A program made the translations under genes and the position numbers. The notes below the pieces were generated by a model. That model saw only the letters and a list, made by a program, of their open reading frames with translations. It searched no databases and was not told the origin of the DNA. Shown here piece after piece: positions 55,064-64,000 of a DNA stretch of 64,000 nucleotides (position 1 is the stretch's first letter; each line of letters opens with the position of its first letter). Source of the DNA: an uncultured Clostridia bacterium (lineage in GTDB: Bacteria > Bacillota > Clostridia > UMGS1810); contig CAJLYL010000001.1 of the NCBI GenBank assembly GCA_905210855.1, positions 1,641 to 65,640 on the forward strand, written 5' to 3'.

Positions 55064-55110
55064 TTACTTATCAATCGATAACTTATCGATTGATAAGTAA
55101 ATCATATCAT
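55054..55110. promoter_or_regulatory. 57-bp perfect palindrome (28-bp arms around a single C), a probable operator
   Basis: atgatatgatttacttatcaatcgataa-c-ttatcgattgataagtaaatcatatcat, with the arms checked base by base. It ends 35 nt before the TetR start codon. Confidence 0.85.
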
Positions 55111-55144
55111 TTTATTAAGACGAATATAAAGAACAGGAGATTTT

Positions 55145-55729
55145 ATGCAGAAGGATTCAAGAGAAGAAAAGAAAAAAGAAATAATGGAGAAATGCTACGA
55201 ATGTTACTGCGACAACGGTTTCCGCGACACGGGAATCAAGGAGCTGGGCAAATACTGCGGCATGACCTCGGCAAACCTCTACGGCTATTTTGAGAATGTG
55301 GATGACCTCATACTTCAGTCCACGGCGCATTGCATGGCAAAGGTGGAGGATGATTTTATGGCGCTTGCGCCGAAAAATCCGCTCGACATCATCCGCTTTA
55401 TAGACGAGATTCCCGAGTGGACGGCGAAAAACCACGGCAAAAAATATCGCATGATGTATCAGGTATACACCCACCCAAAGTATATGGAGCACGGCAAAAA
55501 ATTCTTTGCCGGCGTGACGGAGCGCTACTCGGAATATGCGCGCTACCTCTCGCCGAAGCTCGGAATGCCGGAGTCGATCCTCGCGGGATTCATATTCATC
55601 TTTGTGCGTGCGGCGGTGCACTATGCGTTGTTTGAAGATAAATTTTATCTTGATGCTCAGATGAAAGCACTAAAATTAGCTGTGTTTTCAACACTGAAAT
55701 TAAACGGAGAGGAAGGTAATAAGGGATGA
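55145..55729 (+). CDS. TetR/AcrR-family transcriptional regulator
   Basis: The N-terminal HTH EKCYECYCDNGFRDTGIKELGKYCGMTSANLYGYFENVDDL is followed by a helical ligand-binding domain. The stop overlaps the next ATG (ATGA at 55726-55729). Confidence 0.9.
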   Translation: MQKDSREEKKKEIMEKCYECYCDNGFRDTGIKELGKYCGMTSANLYGYFENVDDLILQSTAHCMAKVEDDFMALAPKNPLDIIRFIDEIPEWTAKNHGKKYRMMYQVYTHPKYMEHGKKFFAGVTERYSEYARYLSPKLGMPESILAGFIFIFVRAAVHYALFEDKFYLDAQMKALKLAVFSTLKLNGEEGNKG

Positions 55730-58700
55730 GAAAGAGGCGAATTTTAAGTTTTGCGCTGATTTTGTGCGTGATGGCGACCATGCTCGGGTCGTTCACGCTC
55801 GAATCGTCCGCGGCGAACGACCCGGAGTGGTCGTATGACCTGCAGATTAAAATCAGCACCAAGAGGGACTCGGGCTGCAAAAACGGCAATGTTCGGGCGA
55901 AGTTTGAGTTCGAGAGCGGCGATGAATACATCACGCTGCAGAATACCAACAAAAAAGGCGGCCTGTCTGTGACAGGCCTGAAAACAACACGCGCTCCGTG
56001 GACTCTGAAAAACCTTGTGCTGATAAACGAGACCAAGGACGGATTCCGTATGCAGCGAATTACACTGAGTGTTATCAAGTCGGTTCGGTCGGGATTTTCG
56101 ATAAAAATATTCAGCAGCTCGCTCATAGACCAATATCCCAACGGCAGCGGAGACAGCGACGGAAAGTGGATTCAGACGGACGACGGCGACAAACCGACAC
56201 ATGCGATATCTCTTGCCGATAACAAGAGATCCATAACCGGTTACGGAAATTTTTCGAATTTTGCTAATGATATGTATATAAACAGTCATGACGAGAGCGG
56301 CACCGAGGATTTTGAGTATGACGGCATGATTACAGATACCAAGTACAGTTTGGTTGCGCCGACAGCAGAAAGATTTGCATCGGAATACTACTGTCTCAAT
56401 CTCAGCGAACCCCCGGTATATTCATATGAAGTTCACGGATTTCAGGGCGACGGCACCGTCGTGACCAAAAGTCAGCTTACATCTGCCGGCGCTATCGCCA
56501 ATAAAGGTGATTACGGTTTTACCATAGACCGAAAAAAACTCATGGAATACATGAACGAAAAAAACCTGAATCACCTGAAAATCACCTCAAAGCTGGCGTT
56601 CCCGAGAGCGAATACGACCACTTCCGTGATGAATATATGCAGAAACATATTTGCCGTGAGCGATGAACTGCGTTTCAGCACCAACTACCACACGGCTATG
56701 AAGGACAATAATTACTACAACAACTCCGGCAGCAAGCGGATATATGTTAATCTCGATGTTATCAACGGCGATCTCTATACCCACTACAATCAGTTCAAGA
56801 TTAACTATTGCAATGTTGTCTTTGACGAGGCGTATCTGGAACTTGGCGACACCGGCAAGAAGATATATGCCGATGAAAAATCATCAAAGATAATCAACTG
56901 CAATTTTACCCTGTCCTTCCCCTACACAGAGGGCATGGACTCAAACAATAAGGGGCTTAAACTTGTGATAAAGGGCGCTCGGATGAGCCCCAACTACTAC
57001 GGCGAAAATCAGCGCCTCGAGCTTTGGGATGTTGCAGGCAAAAAGCTCGGGTTTGAAAAGCTGTCTTCAACCTACAAGATAGACGCGGTGAACCCCACAG
57101 TTAAGGTCACCGCCAAGGACGGCTCATCTCTCGACAAATGGAACAAGCAGATAACGCTGAATGCAATCCCGAGCGAGACCACCTATGCCGTGCTGAAAAG
57201 CGGCGAAGCGGCAAAAGAGGGATACTTCATTGCCGAGCTGTATGACGGCCAGGTACCTGTGCAGATCCGCAATGTAAAGTACCCCGATTCATCGACGGCT
57301 TATGTATCGCAGCCCGTTAACTCGCGCGCCGGGTCGGCGAGTGATTTCACTCTGGCGCTTGCGGAGAAGAAGGAAGGCATATTCACACTGCGCATGACGG
57401 GCGCAGATTTTGCCGGCAATGCACTCAACACCGCGGTCGGCGGCATACGGCTTGACAACAAGGCGCCGGTGATTACTCTCAAGCGCAGCAACGACAGCGA
57501 CGGCGCGAATGCCAAAGAGGCGCGCTATGCCGTGACGATTACCGACGCGTCCGGCACGGGCAGAATGTACTATTGCTTTGCGGACAGCGCGTCGATTCCC
57601 GATATAAACAGCCAAAATCCGCAGAAGCACACAAGCGGCGCTATAAACAGCCTGATTAACCAATGGGCGTTTATAGACCAGTCCGACAGCGGCGCGGCAG
57701 TCTACCTCACCGTGCCCAAGGGAGAAAATTTCAACGGCAGGCTCGCGTGGTACGGCGTGGACGATTTCGGCAATACCACGGCGATGAGCTATGAGGATAT
57801 AAATATCATAAACGAAGATTCACAGTGCGACATAACCTCTGCGGAGAGCACACTGACGGCGAACCCCAACTACACTGTGAGCGTGAGCACAAACGAGGCG
57901 AACCGTGTGAGGTATAAATGGACAGACGCATTCGGCAAGGACATTACGGGCTATGCCGATTACACCGGTGCGGTGAGCACGGCGGCAGATCCGCTCACAA
58001 GCAAGCTTGACGGCACATATACATTCAAGTGCGAGCTTACCCTGCCGTCCGGCGCGAAAAACTATCCCGAGCGGTCGTTTGTGTTTGACAACAGCGCGCC
58101 CAAACTTAGCATTACTCCCGTTACGCCCGGTGAATACAAGGATTTGCAGGCGGTGAGCGTGTACTCGACGGATTCGTCGGGAGTTGCCGGCGGCGAGGCG
58201 GTATTGCTTGCGGCGGACGGTGCTCCGGTTGACGGCATAACATACCCGTTAAGCGTAAACGACGGTATCGTGTCGCAGAATGTGAATATAACAGGTGTTC
58301 CGAGCGGTGCGTATAAGCTCAAAGTGAGCGTGACGGATATCCACGGCAATGCGGCAGAGGATGTATCCGACATATTCTGCATCCGTTCCGGCGCTCCGGC
58401 AGTACAGGTAAGCGTGACGGCGGATAAAGAATTTTCCGGTCTGCCGCTCATCACGGAAGCGTCACCGGGTAAAATGAAAATCTCGGCGCATGAAGATTTC
58501 TCAGGTGCGGCGGATGCGGCGGCGCAGTCGTTGTGGTACAGGGTCAGCACGGACCCGACGGCACAGAGCAGCTGGATAAAGGCGGGCGACATGACCGCGG
58601 GAGAGAGCGGATTCGACGGCGAATTTACGGTTGATATGCCGCAGTTTACCTTTGCCGACGGCGAGAACAAACTCTTTGTGCAGACGGCGGTGTGTGCAGA

Positions 58701-61700
58701 CGGTACGGACATGACAAAGCTCAACACGAAATTTATCACATCGGCAGAGGTTGTTATCCTCAGCGATTCCACCGCCCCTCAGACGCGGCTTGTGATAGAT
58801 GACATCCACACTTCGGGCTCGATAAGCGGCGTGCTCTATGCCACCGACAACATCGGCGGCGAGATGACCGCGGTGTCAAACGACGCCAATGTGGAGATAA
58901 CCCGCAGAGAGAACGAGACAGGCATATTTGACATAAAGGTAAACGAAAATACAGACTCGGCAAGCGACAAGGGCGCGATGATAACCGTGACCGATCTTGC
59001 CGGAAACATGACAGAGGTGCCGATAGACATAAGCGGCATTGACCGCGAGGCACCCACTGCGGAAATAAAGACATGGAACACAACTTCGGGAGAAAGACAG
59101 GACGCAAAGGCAAAGGTGACCGTGCATGATGCCGCGGCAGACAAGATTTATATTGTGTTCATCAAGGCAGAGGAGCTCGATAAACTGTACGATGGTGAAA
59201 AATTCAGTGACGCTTGCTTTGAAAAGACGGTGACAGAGGATGAGGACGGCAACAGCAAAACGATAATCTCCGCACCGTATGACGGAGATGTAATTACGCT
59301 TACTTCCGACAGTTTTGAGACGGCACGATGGGACGGCGAGGTAAACGCGACATATTCCGTGCGCCTCGGCGGCTACACGGGCACGTACTATGTGGGCGTG
59401 CGCGCCGAGGACAGCGTGGGCAACACGGCTGACATCCTGCTGGACGGCAAACTCAACGCGACTGACGCGGAGCTTAGCTACACCGCGGCTGCCGCGCCTG
59501 CCGAGGCAGACAAGGTGTCGGTGATCAATCTTGATTTCAATCAGAATGTGTATCTGCTCGGTCAGGACAGCATAACGGATAAGGCAGACACCGACAGCAC
59601 CGTTGACGAAACGAATCTCGGCATCGCCGCAAGAAACGCAGGCAGCTACTCACAGAAACATTCACTCACCATAAGGGAAAACGGTGAATACAAGCTCTAC
59701 ACCGTGGATGACATAGGCAGAAGAAGAATGTTCACACTCAATGCAGATGAAAGTCTTGTGAAATTCGGTGCGGTGGACAACAGTGTGACGGCAACGACAT
59801 TCTGGGACGGCACCGAGGTAAAGGAAGGCGAGATGGCGCCGGTGTGGAGCCGCGTGGGTGAGTACGGACTGGACAGACGGACCACAGTGGAAGTCACACC
59901 CGACGATCCGGATATGCGCCTTATGCCGCTTGACGCCGATTCAACACATTCCGAGTACGGATTGTACTTCCTTGAGGATAAATCGGCAGACTTTATGGAT
60001 GAGCACGGGCACTACAAAAAGCTGATATATGATGTACAGGAAAAGAACTCGGAATCGCCTGCAGGGCTTATAAATGTGCGCATATTTATGGCAGACAATG
60101 CGGACGAGACAACATGGGGCAGTGCGGTGGCGGTGGTGAATAATATAGACTACACGGCGCCGAAGATCAACTACACTATGACCCCGGAGATATATGTTTT
60201 TGACGATGAGGGAAATATCATAATCGAAAAAACCACTCCTCAGGATGTGACGGTGTATATCACCATGCAGGATGCGGAGACGGGACTCAGTGAGATAAAA
60301 CTCGGCAGTATGCACATCTTGCTTCATGGACCCGACGGTGAACCGTACTTTGACAGAAAAGAACTCCCCGCGCTGCCGCTTGTCGATGAGAGCGGAAACG
60401 CCATAGACTACTCAGCAAATCCGTATAAATGGAGCGGAGAGAGCGACGGCATACCGGTGACGGTGGAATACGCCGGAGATGCGGATCTCAAAGCCGCAAA
60501 GATGATTAAATTTGTGTTCAGCGCAGATTGCGTGATAGATGAATTTGAGGCGATTAACGGGGTCGGCAACGGCGCATGGTTCATGTTGGGCAGAGCCGAG
60601 ATGGGTATGGATATCCACGGCATATACAAGATGCCCATAGAAGAGGGCAAGGATTTCACGGTTAAATATTATTACGAGACCGACAGCGGCGACTGGGCGG
60701 AGATGACGGATATCTCGGCATACTGCCGCAGGGCAAAGGCGGTCATAGAGCCGACGGATCGCGGCTATGAGCGCGGACTGTATGTGCGCAGCAACGGCGG
60801 CAGATTTGAGCGTGTGCTCGATTCGTATGACAACAGCTTTACATTTGAATTTAAGGATAAATACGGCTACACCGCGGCGGCGAATGTGTCGGCAGAGAAT
60901 TTTGACACGCAGCCCGGTACTATCGATTACAGCCTGTCCGAGACGGAAAAGACCAACAAACCTATAACCCTAAGGGTCGAAGCAACGGACAACGGCAGCG
61001 GCATAGGCAGGGTGGATTTGGTGAGCGGCGGCAGCGCGGTAAACATCACGGGCAGCAAATCCGCTGACGGCAAGAGTGCAATCTGCACTGCTGTTATAGA
61101 CAAAAACGGCGCTTACAGCATAGTGCTCTATGACAAGGTGGGCAATCGCACATCAAAAAACTTCACGGTGAGCAACCTTGACACGGAGGCGCCCAAGCTT
61201 GAGGGCTTCACGCTCAGCACTCCCAAGGAGGTTATCACCTCGCGCAACGTCAGCGCGTCGCTGATATTCTCCAAGCCGAATGTGCGCATAACGTCGGTAG
61301 AGCCTGCCACGGGATTAAAAGAGACGGATTACAGCGTGAGCTATTCGTCAAATGTTATCACATTTTCAAAATCAGGCTCGGTGACGGTAAACTTTGTTGA
61401 CGACAGCGGCAACACGGGCATAGGCTCGGTAGAGGTGGTCAACATAGACAAAAATCCGCCGGCACTCGAGGCAAAGGCTGTGTCAAATGCGGATATGTCC
61501 GAGGTGACGGTTACCTTTGACAAGGCGCGCACTCCCGAGGGAATATTGATAGACAGCCGCAGAGAGCTGTCCGATGTGACGGTGAGCTACGGCGGCATAG
61601 CTATGAAGGCGGACGTGGCTGAATTCGTGTTCTATGAAAACGGCTTCTACACTTTTAAGGTATATGATGACGAGGGGCTCTCGTCATACATCACTCTGGA

Positions 61701-62676
61701 TATTGACCAAACGTATCTCGACAAGTCGGAACCGATAATCAAGGAAATCCGCTGGAGCTATGACTACGAGACGGAAAACGGAGTGGTGAGCGCGCCGGAA
61801 AAAACCGTAACTCCGGCTAAAGCCGGTTACCGCATCGGCACGAAAAAAATCGAGAACGATATAATCGTGCCCGACAACCACGTGACAAACCGTGATGTGA
61901 CGGTGACGGTGGTTACGGATTCCGACACGCGGCAGGTCGGCTCAACCGGCGAATATGCCAAGGAAAATCAAAAGATATACAGCGGCAACGGCTTGTATAT
62001 ATTCAACATGGAAAAGAGAAACAAACTCACAGATACATTCGGCGTGGATGTGGAGATTATCGATAAGACTCCCCCGACGATAGAACTTATCGGCGGCAGC
62101 GAAATGATATTCTATGAGAACTCCGCGACGGGCGAGAGCTACACCGCGGACAAACGCGGCATGATAGAGACTGCCGGAGAAGCCTTTAAGGCATACGATT
62201 CATTCGGCGGCGGAGTTGACCTGAGCGGCAAGGTGCAGGTGATATATGACGCGAACCACCCGTTTGACCCCACGGGCGCAGCCAATGTTTATGATTCGTC
62301 CGCTCCGTACACCGTGACTTACAGGGTGTATGACGACGCGTACAATATGACCGAGGTGCGCCGCACAATAAGGCTCATAGGTATGTATGACACTATGGCG
62401 CTCATCAACGGCGAGCTGCCCGATTCTACGGGCACCTGCGAGGTGCAGGGCGACGCGGTGAGCGTGGAGCTGAAGAACTTCGCGCCGAGCGGCACGGCTT
62501 ATGTGCGTTTTGCCGAGGGCATACGCACAATGGGTCAGATGAAGACTGAGGGAACAATGCTTGCCAAGGGATCTGACGGCAAATACACCGCGTCGGGTCT
62601 CAAGAACGGTTGGTACACCTTCTATATTCAGACGGACAAACGGGATTACTTCACAATCTGCACATATCTTTACTAA
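55726..62676 (+). CDS. Giant (2316 aa) secreted multi-domain protein with no recognisable wall or membrane anchor
   Basis: Signal peptide MRKRRILSFALILCVMATMLGSFTLESSAA. At least 9 domain-boundary motifs of the D-x-x-x-P type (DNKAPVITL, DNSAPKLSI, DSTAPQTRL, DREAPTAEI, DYTAPKINY, DTEAPKLEG, DKNPPALEA, DKSEPIIKE, DKTPPTIEL), typical of Ig-like/DUF5011-type modules. There is no LPXTG, SLH, choline-binding or TM end. Confidence 0.85.
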   Translation: MRKRRILSFALILCVMATMLGSFTLESSAANDPEWSYDLQIKISTKRDSGCKNGNVRAKFEFESGDEYITLQNTNKKGGLSVTGLKTTRAPWTLKNLVLINETKDGFRMQRITLSVIKSVRSGFSIKIFSSSLIDQYPNGSGDSDGKWIQTDDGDKPTHAISLADNKRSITGYGNFSNFANDMYINSHDESGTEDFEYDGMITDTKYSLVAPTAERFASEYYCLNLSEPPVYSYEVHGFQGDGTVVTKSQLTSAGAIANKGDYGFTIDRKKLMEYMNEKNLNHLKITSKLAFPRANTTTSVMNICRNIFAVSDELRFSTNYHTAMKDNNYYNNSGSKRIYVNLDVINGDLYTHYNQFKINYCNVVFDEAYLELGDTGKKIYADEKSSKIINCNFTLSFPYTEGMDSNNKGLKLVIKGARMSPNYYGENQRLELWDVAGKKLGFEKLSSTYKIDAVNPTVKVTAKDGSSLDKWNKQITLNAIPSETTYAVLKSGEAAKEGYFIAELYDGQVPVQIRNVKYPDSSTAYVSQPVNSRAGSASDFTLALAEKKEGIFTLRMTGADFAGNALNTAVGGIRLDNKAPVITLKRSNDSDGANAKEARYAVTITDASGTGRMYYCFADSASIPDINSQNPQKHTSGAINSLINQWAFIDQSDSGAAVYLTVPKGENFNGRLAWYGVDDFGNTTAMSYEDINIINEDSQCDITSAESTLTANPNYTVSVSTNEANRVRYKWTDAFGKDITGYADYTGAVSTAADPLTSKLDGTYTFKCELTLPSGAKNYPERSFVFDNSAPKLSITPVTPGEYKDLQAVSVYSTDSSGVAGGEAVLLAADGAPVDGITYPLSVNDGIVSQNVNITGVPSGAYKLKVSVTDIHGNAAEDVSDIFCIRSGAPAVQVSVTADKEFSGLPLITEASPGKMKISAHEDFSGAADAAAQSLWYRVSTDPTAQSSWIKAGDMTAGESGFDGEFTVDMPQFTFADGENKLFVQTAVCADGTDMTKLNTKFITSAEVVILSDSTAPQTRLVIDDIHTSGSISGVLYATDNIGGEMTAVSNDANVEITRRENETGIFDIKVNENTDSASDKGAMITVTDLAGNMTEVPIDISGIDREAPTAEIKTWNTTSGERQDAKAKVTVHDAAADKIYIVFIKAEELDKLYDGEKFSDACFEKTVTEDEDGNSKTIISAPYDGDVITLTSDSFETARWDGEVNATYSVRLGGYTGTYYVGVRAEDSVGNTADILLDGKLNATDAELSYTAAAAPAEADKVSVINLDFNQNVYLLGQDSITDKADTDSTVDETNLGIAARNAGSYSQKHSLTIRENGEYKLYTVDDIGRRRMFTLNADESLVKFGAVDNSVTATTFWDGTEVKEGEMAPVWSRVGEYGLDRRTTVEVTPDDPDMRLMPLDADSTHSEYGLYFLEDKSADFMDEHGHYKKLIYDVQEKNSESPAGLINVRIFMADNADETTWGSAVAVVNNIDYTAPKINYTMTPEIYVFDDEGNIIIEKTTPQDVTVYITMQDAETGLSEIKLGSMHILLHGPDGEPYFDRKELPALPLVDESGNAIDYSANPYKWSGESDGIPVTVEYAGDADLKAAKMIKFVFSADCVIDEFEAINGVGNGAWFMLGRAEMGMDIHGIYKMPIEEGKDFTVKYYYETDSGDWAEMTDISAYCRRAKAVIEPTDRGYERGLYVRSNGGRFERVLDSYDNSFTFEFKDKYGYTAAANVSAENFDTQPGTIDYSLSETEKTNKPITLRVEATDNGSGIGRVDLVSGGSAVNITGSKSADGKSAICTAVIDKNGAYSIVLYDKVGNRTSKNFTVSNLDTEAPKLEGFTLSTPKEVITSRNVSASLIFSKPNVRITSVEPATGLKETDYSVSYSSNVITFSKSGSVTVNFVDDSGNTGIGSVEVVNIDKNPPALEAKAVSNADMSEVTVTFDKARTPEGILIDSRRELSDVTVSYGGIAMKADVAEFVFYENGFYTFKVYDDEGLSSYITLDIDQTYLDKSEPIIKEIRWSYDYETENGVVSAPEKTVTPAKAGYRIGTKKIENDIIVPDNHVTNRDVTVTVVTDSDTRQVGSTGEYAKENQKIYSGNGLYIFNMEKRNKLTDTFGVDVEIIDKTPPTIELIGGSEMIFYENSATGESYTADKRGMIETAGEAFKAYDSFGGGVDLSGKVQVIYDANHPFDPTGAANVYDSSAPYTVTYRVYDDAYNMTEVRRTIRLIGMYDTMALINGELPDSTGTCEVQGDAVSVELKNFAPSGTAYVRFAEGIRTMGQMKTEGTMLAKGSDGKYTASGLKNGWYTFYIQTDKRDYFTICTYLY

Positions 62677-62688
62677 GGGGGGACGACG

Positions 62689-64000
62689 ATGAATTTATTT
62701 AAAAAACTGCTGTCCGGCGTACTTGCAGCGGCTGTGCTTGTCACAAGTGTGCCGGCGGTATCGCTGGCAGACGGCGATGATGTTTACGGCATAGACAACG
62801 GCTGCATGAGATTCAGTTACAATGCATCCACTGGCGGTTTCGCCATAGAAACTGCCGAGGGCAATCCGCGCAAGGCGCTCGACGACAATATGCCGCTGCT
62901 CTATGCGGAGGACAGCTCGCGCAGCAACGGCACATCATTTCTGACGGTGCGCATAGACGGCAAGGATTATATCTTCGGTCAGGATTACGGATTTTTCGGA
63001 ATATCGTCCTCTATGGGCACTGTGGAGAAAACAGCCGAGGGTTCAACTCAGCTGATAAGCATCCCGTGGACGGTTAAGGGCGTGACGGTCACGCTGAAAG
63101 TGGCGCTTGCCGAGGACGCCAACACGGACATCACGGGCAACGTGGGCATATCTGCCGAGGTGACGAACAACAGCGGCGCGGCAAAGGACGTCAGTGTGCG
63201 CCTATTGCTCGATACCGCGCTCGGCAGCGCGACGGACGCGCCTTACCTGGTGGCGGACGCGGAGATTCGCCCCACGCTCACCGAGCGTGAGTTTTCCGAC
63301 GGCGCGGCAAGTGAGGACGACAAAGTGCCCCAGCAGATAAGGGGAGTGGATTCCCTGTCCGACCCGTCAAGGATGCTGTACATCCTGACAAAGGGGTGGA
63401 ACGGCGGCAGTGAGCCGAACCGCGTTATCCTGGGTCACTGGGCAAACCTTGCGAACACGAGGTACAGCTACACTGCGGACAATTACTGCGATTTTACCAA
63501 CTATTCCAACGAGTGGCGCACACCCGACTCAGCTGCTGCGCTCTACTGGGAGAACAACCGCCTGAACAGCGGCGACAGTTTCCGTGCCGAGGCGCTTTAC
63601 GGTGTGGGAGATTTTTCGTCCGATGACGAATCGTCGGTTGATCTGAGCATAAACACCGGCAGAGTGGAGCTTAACGACGACAAGAGCGGCTACAAAAACG
63701 ACAACAAGGCGGAAATCACCGTGAATATTGACAACACGGGCGACAACGCGGTTGAGCTGAAATCCGTGTATCTCACGGTCAATGTGGACGGCGAGCAGTT
63801 CCGTCTCGACAATGACACTGCACTGATACCGGACATAGGCAAGGAGCTTGTCTCGCAGAAATTCACCCTGGAGGTTCTGCCGCAGAAGCAGATAACGGGA
63901 GCGGACGTGTATGTGTCGCTCACGGCGGTGAGCGCGGAGAGCGGCGACACGGTGGAAACGGCGGCTTGCCGCACAATCATTCTGCCGTCTGTCGGCGGCG
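62689..64000 (+). CDS. Secreted protein of unknown function, N-terminal 437 aa (runs off the right edge)
   Basis: Own translation from ATG 62689 (12 nt after the giant gene stop): MNLFKKLLSGVLAAAVLVTSVPAVSLADGDDVYGIDNGCMRFSYNASTGGFAIE... The frame is open to position 64000. It is not in the ORF track because no stop falls in the window. Confidence 0.75.
   Translation, partial: MNLFKKLLSGVLAAAVLVTSVPAVSLADGDDVYGIDNGCMRFSYNASTGGFAIETAEGNPRKALDDNMPLLYAEDSSRSNGTSFLTVRIDGKDYIFGQDYGFFGISSSMGTVEKTAEGSTQLISIPWTVKGVTVTLKVALAEDANTDITGNVGISAEVTNNSGAAKDVSVRLLLDTALGSATDAPYLVADAEIRPTLTEREFSDGAASEDDKVPQQIRGVDSLSDPSRMLYILTKGWNGGSEPNRVILGHWANLANTRYSYTADNYCDFTNYSNEWRTPDSAAALYWENNRLNSGDSFRAEALYGVGDFSSDDESSVDLSINTGRVELNDDKSGYKNDNKAEITVNIDNTGDNAVELKSVYLTVNVDGEQFRLDNDTALIPDIGKELVSQKFTLEVLPQKQITGADVYVSLTAVSAESGDTVETAACRTIILPSVGG

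Overview
64-kb chromosomal segment, almost certainly from a Clostridia-class Firmicute. Supporting features are a SCIFF ranthipeptide locus, SLH-anchored surface proteins, a yggS-sepF-ylmH-divIVA cluster, adhE and [FeFe]-hydrogenases. All calls come from reading the sequence and the supplied translations by hand. No database search was run, and hand-counted motif coordinates may be off by 1-2 nt. Left to right: (1) scfB (partial) and a 52-aa scfA precursor that the ORF track misses, separated by a hairpin-packed spacer. (2) CNNM/CorC transporter, a BspA-type LRR-SLH protein, a histidine-kinase relic and trhA. (3) A 3041-aa SLH-anchored mosaic surface protein with a MalT-like STAND/LuxR regulator directly upstream. 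(4) rlmD, an Amidase_3 autolysin, a split GGDEF gene and a LysR regulator. (5) A redox block: Rex-type operator, adhE, a kinase-fold protein, an hfsABCD-like sensory-hydrogenase operon (2Fe-2S protein, PAS-containing HydS, PP2C phosphatase, [FeFe]-hydrogenase), fprA and an AraC regulator. (6) Rrf2-nifS-nifU, a candidate small RNA, a lipoprotein, a histidine phosphatase, a large glycosidase-like protein and a secreted protein. (7) An AT-rich ~9.7-kb island (about 41.95-51.65 kb) for amino-sugar use. Its intact genes are a nahK-like kinase, nagA, a nagB-ROK fusion and an AraC regulator. Its decayed genes are a DUF4091 gene, a nucleotidyltransferase, an aldose epimerase and two truncated nested IS transposases. 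(8) yggS-sepF-ylmH-divIVA, interleaved with a family of long hairpin repeats. (9) A TetR gene behind a 57-bp perfect palindrome, translationally coupled to a 2316-aa secreted protein with no recognisable anchor, followed by another secreted protein that runs off the window. No rRNA, tRNA or CRISPR array was found. The most interesting items are the TetR-coupled giant-protein operon, the hairpin repeat family with conserved flanks and loop but covarying stems, the adhE/hfs/fprA redox neighbourhood, and the STAND-LuxR/giant SLH protein pair.
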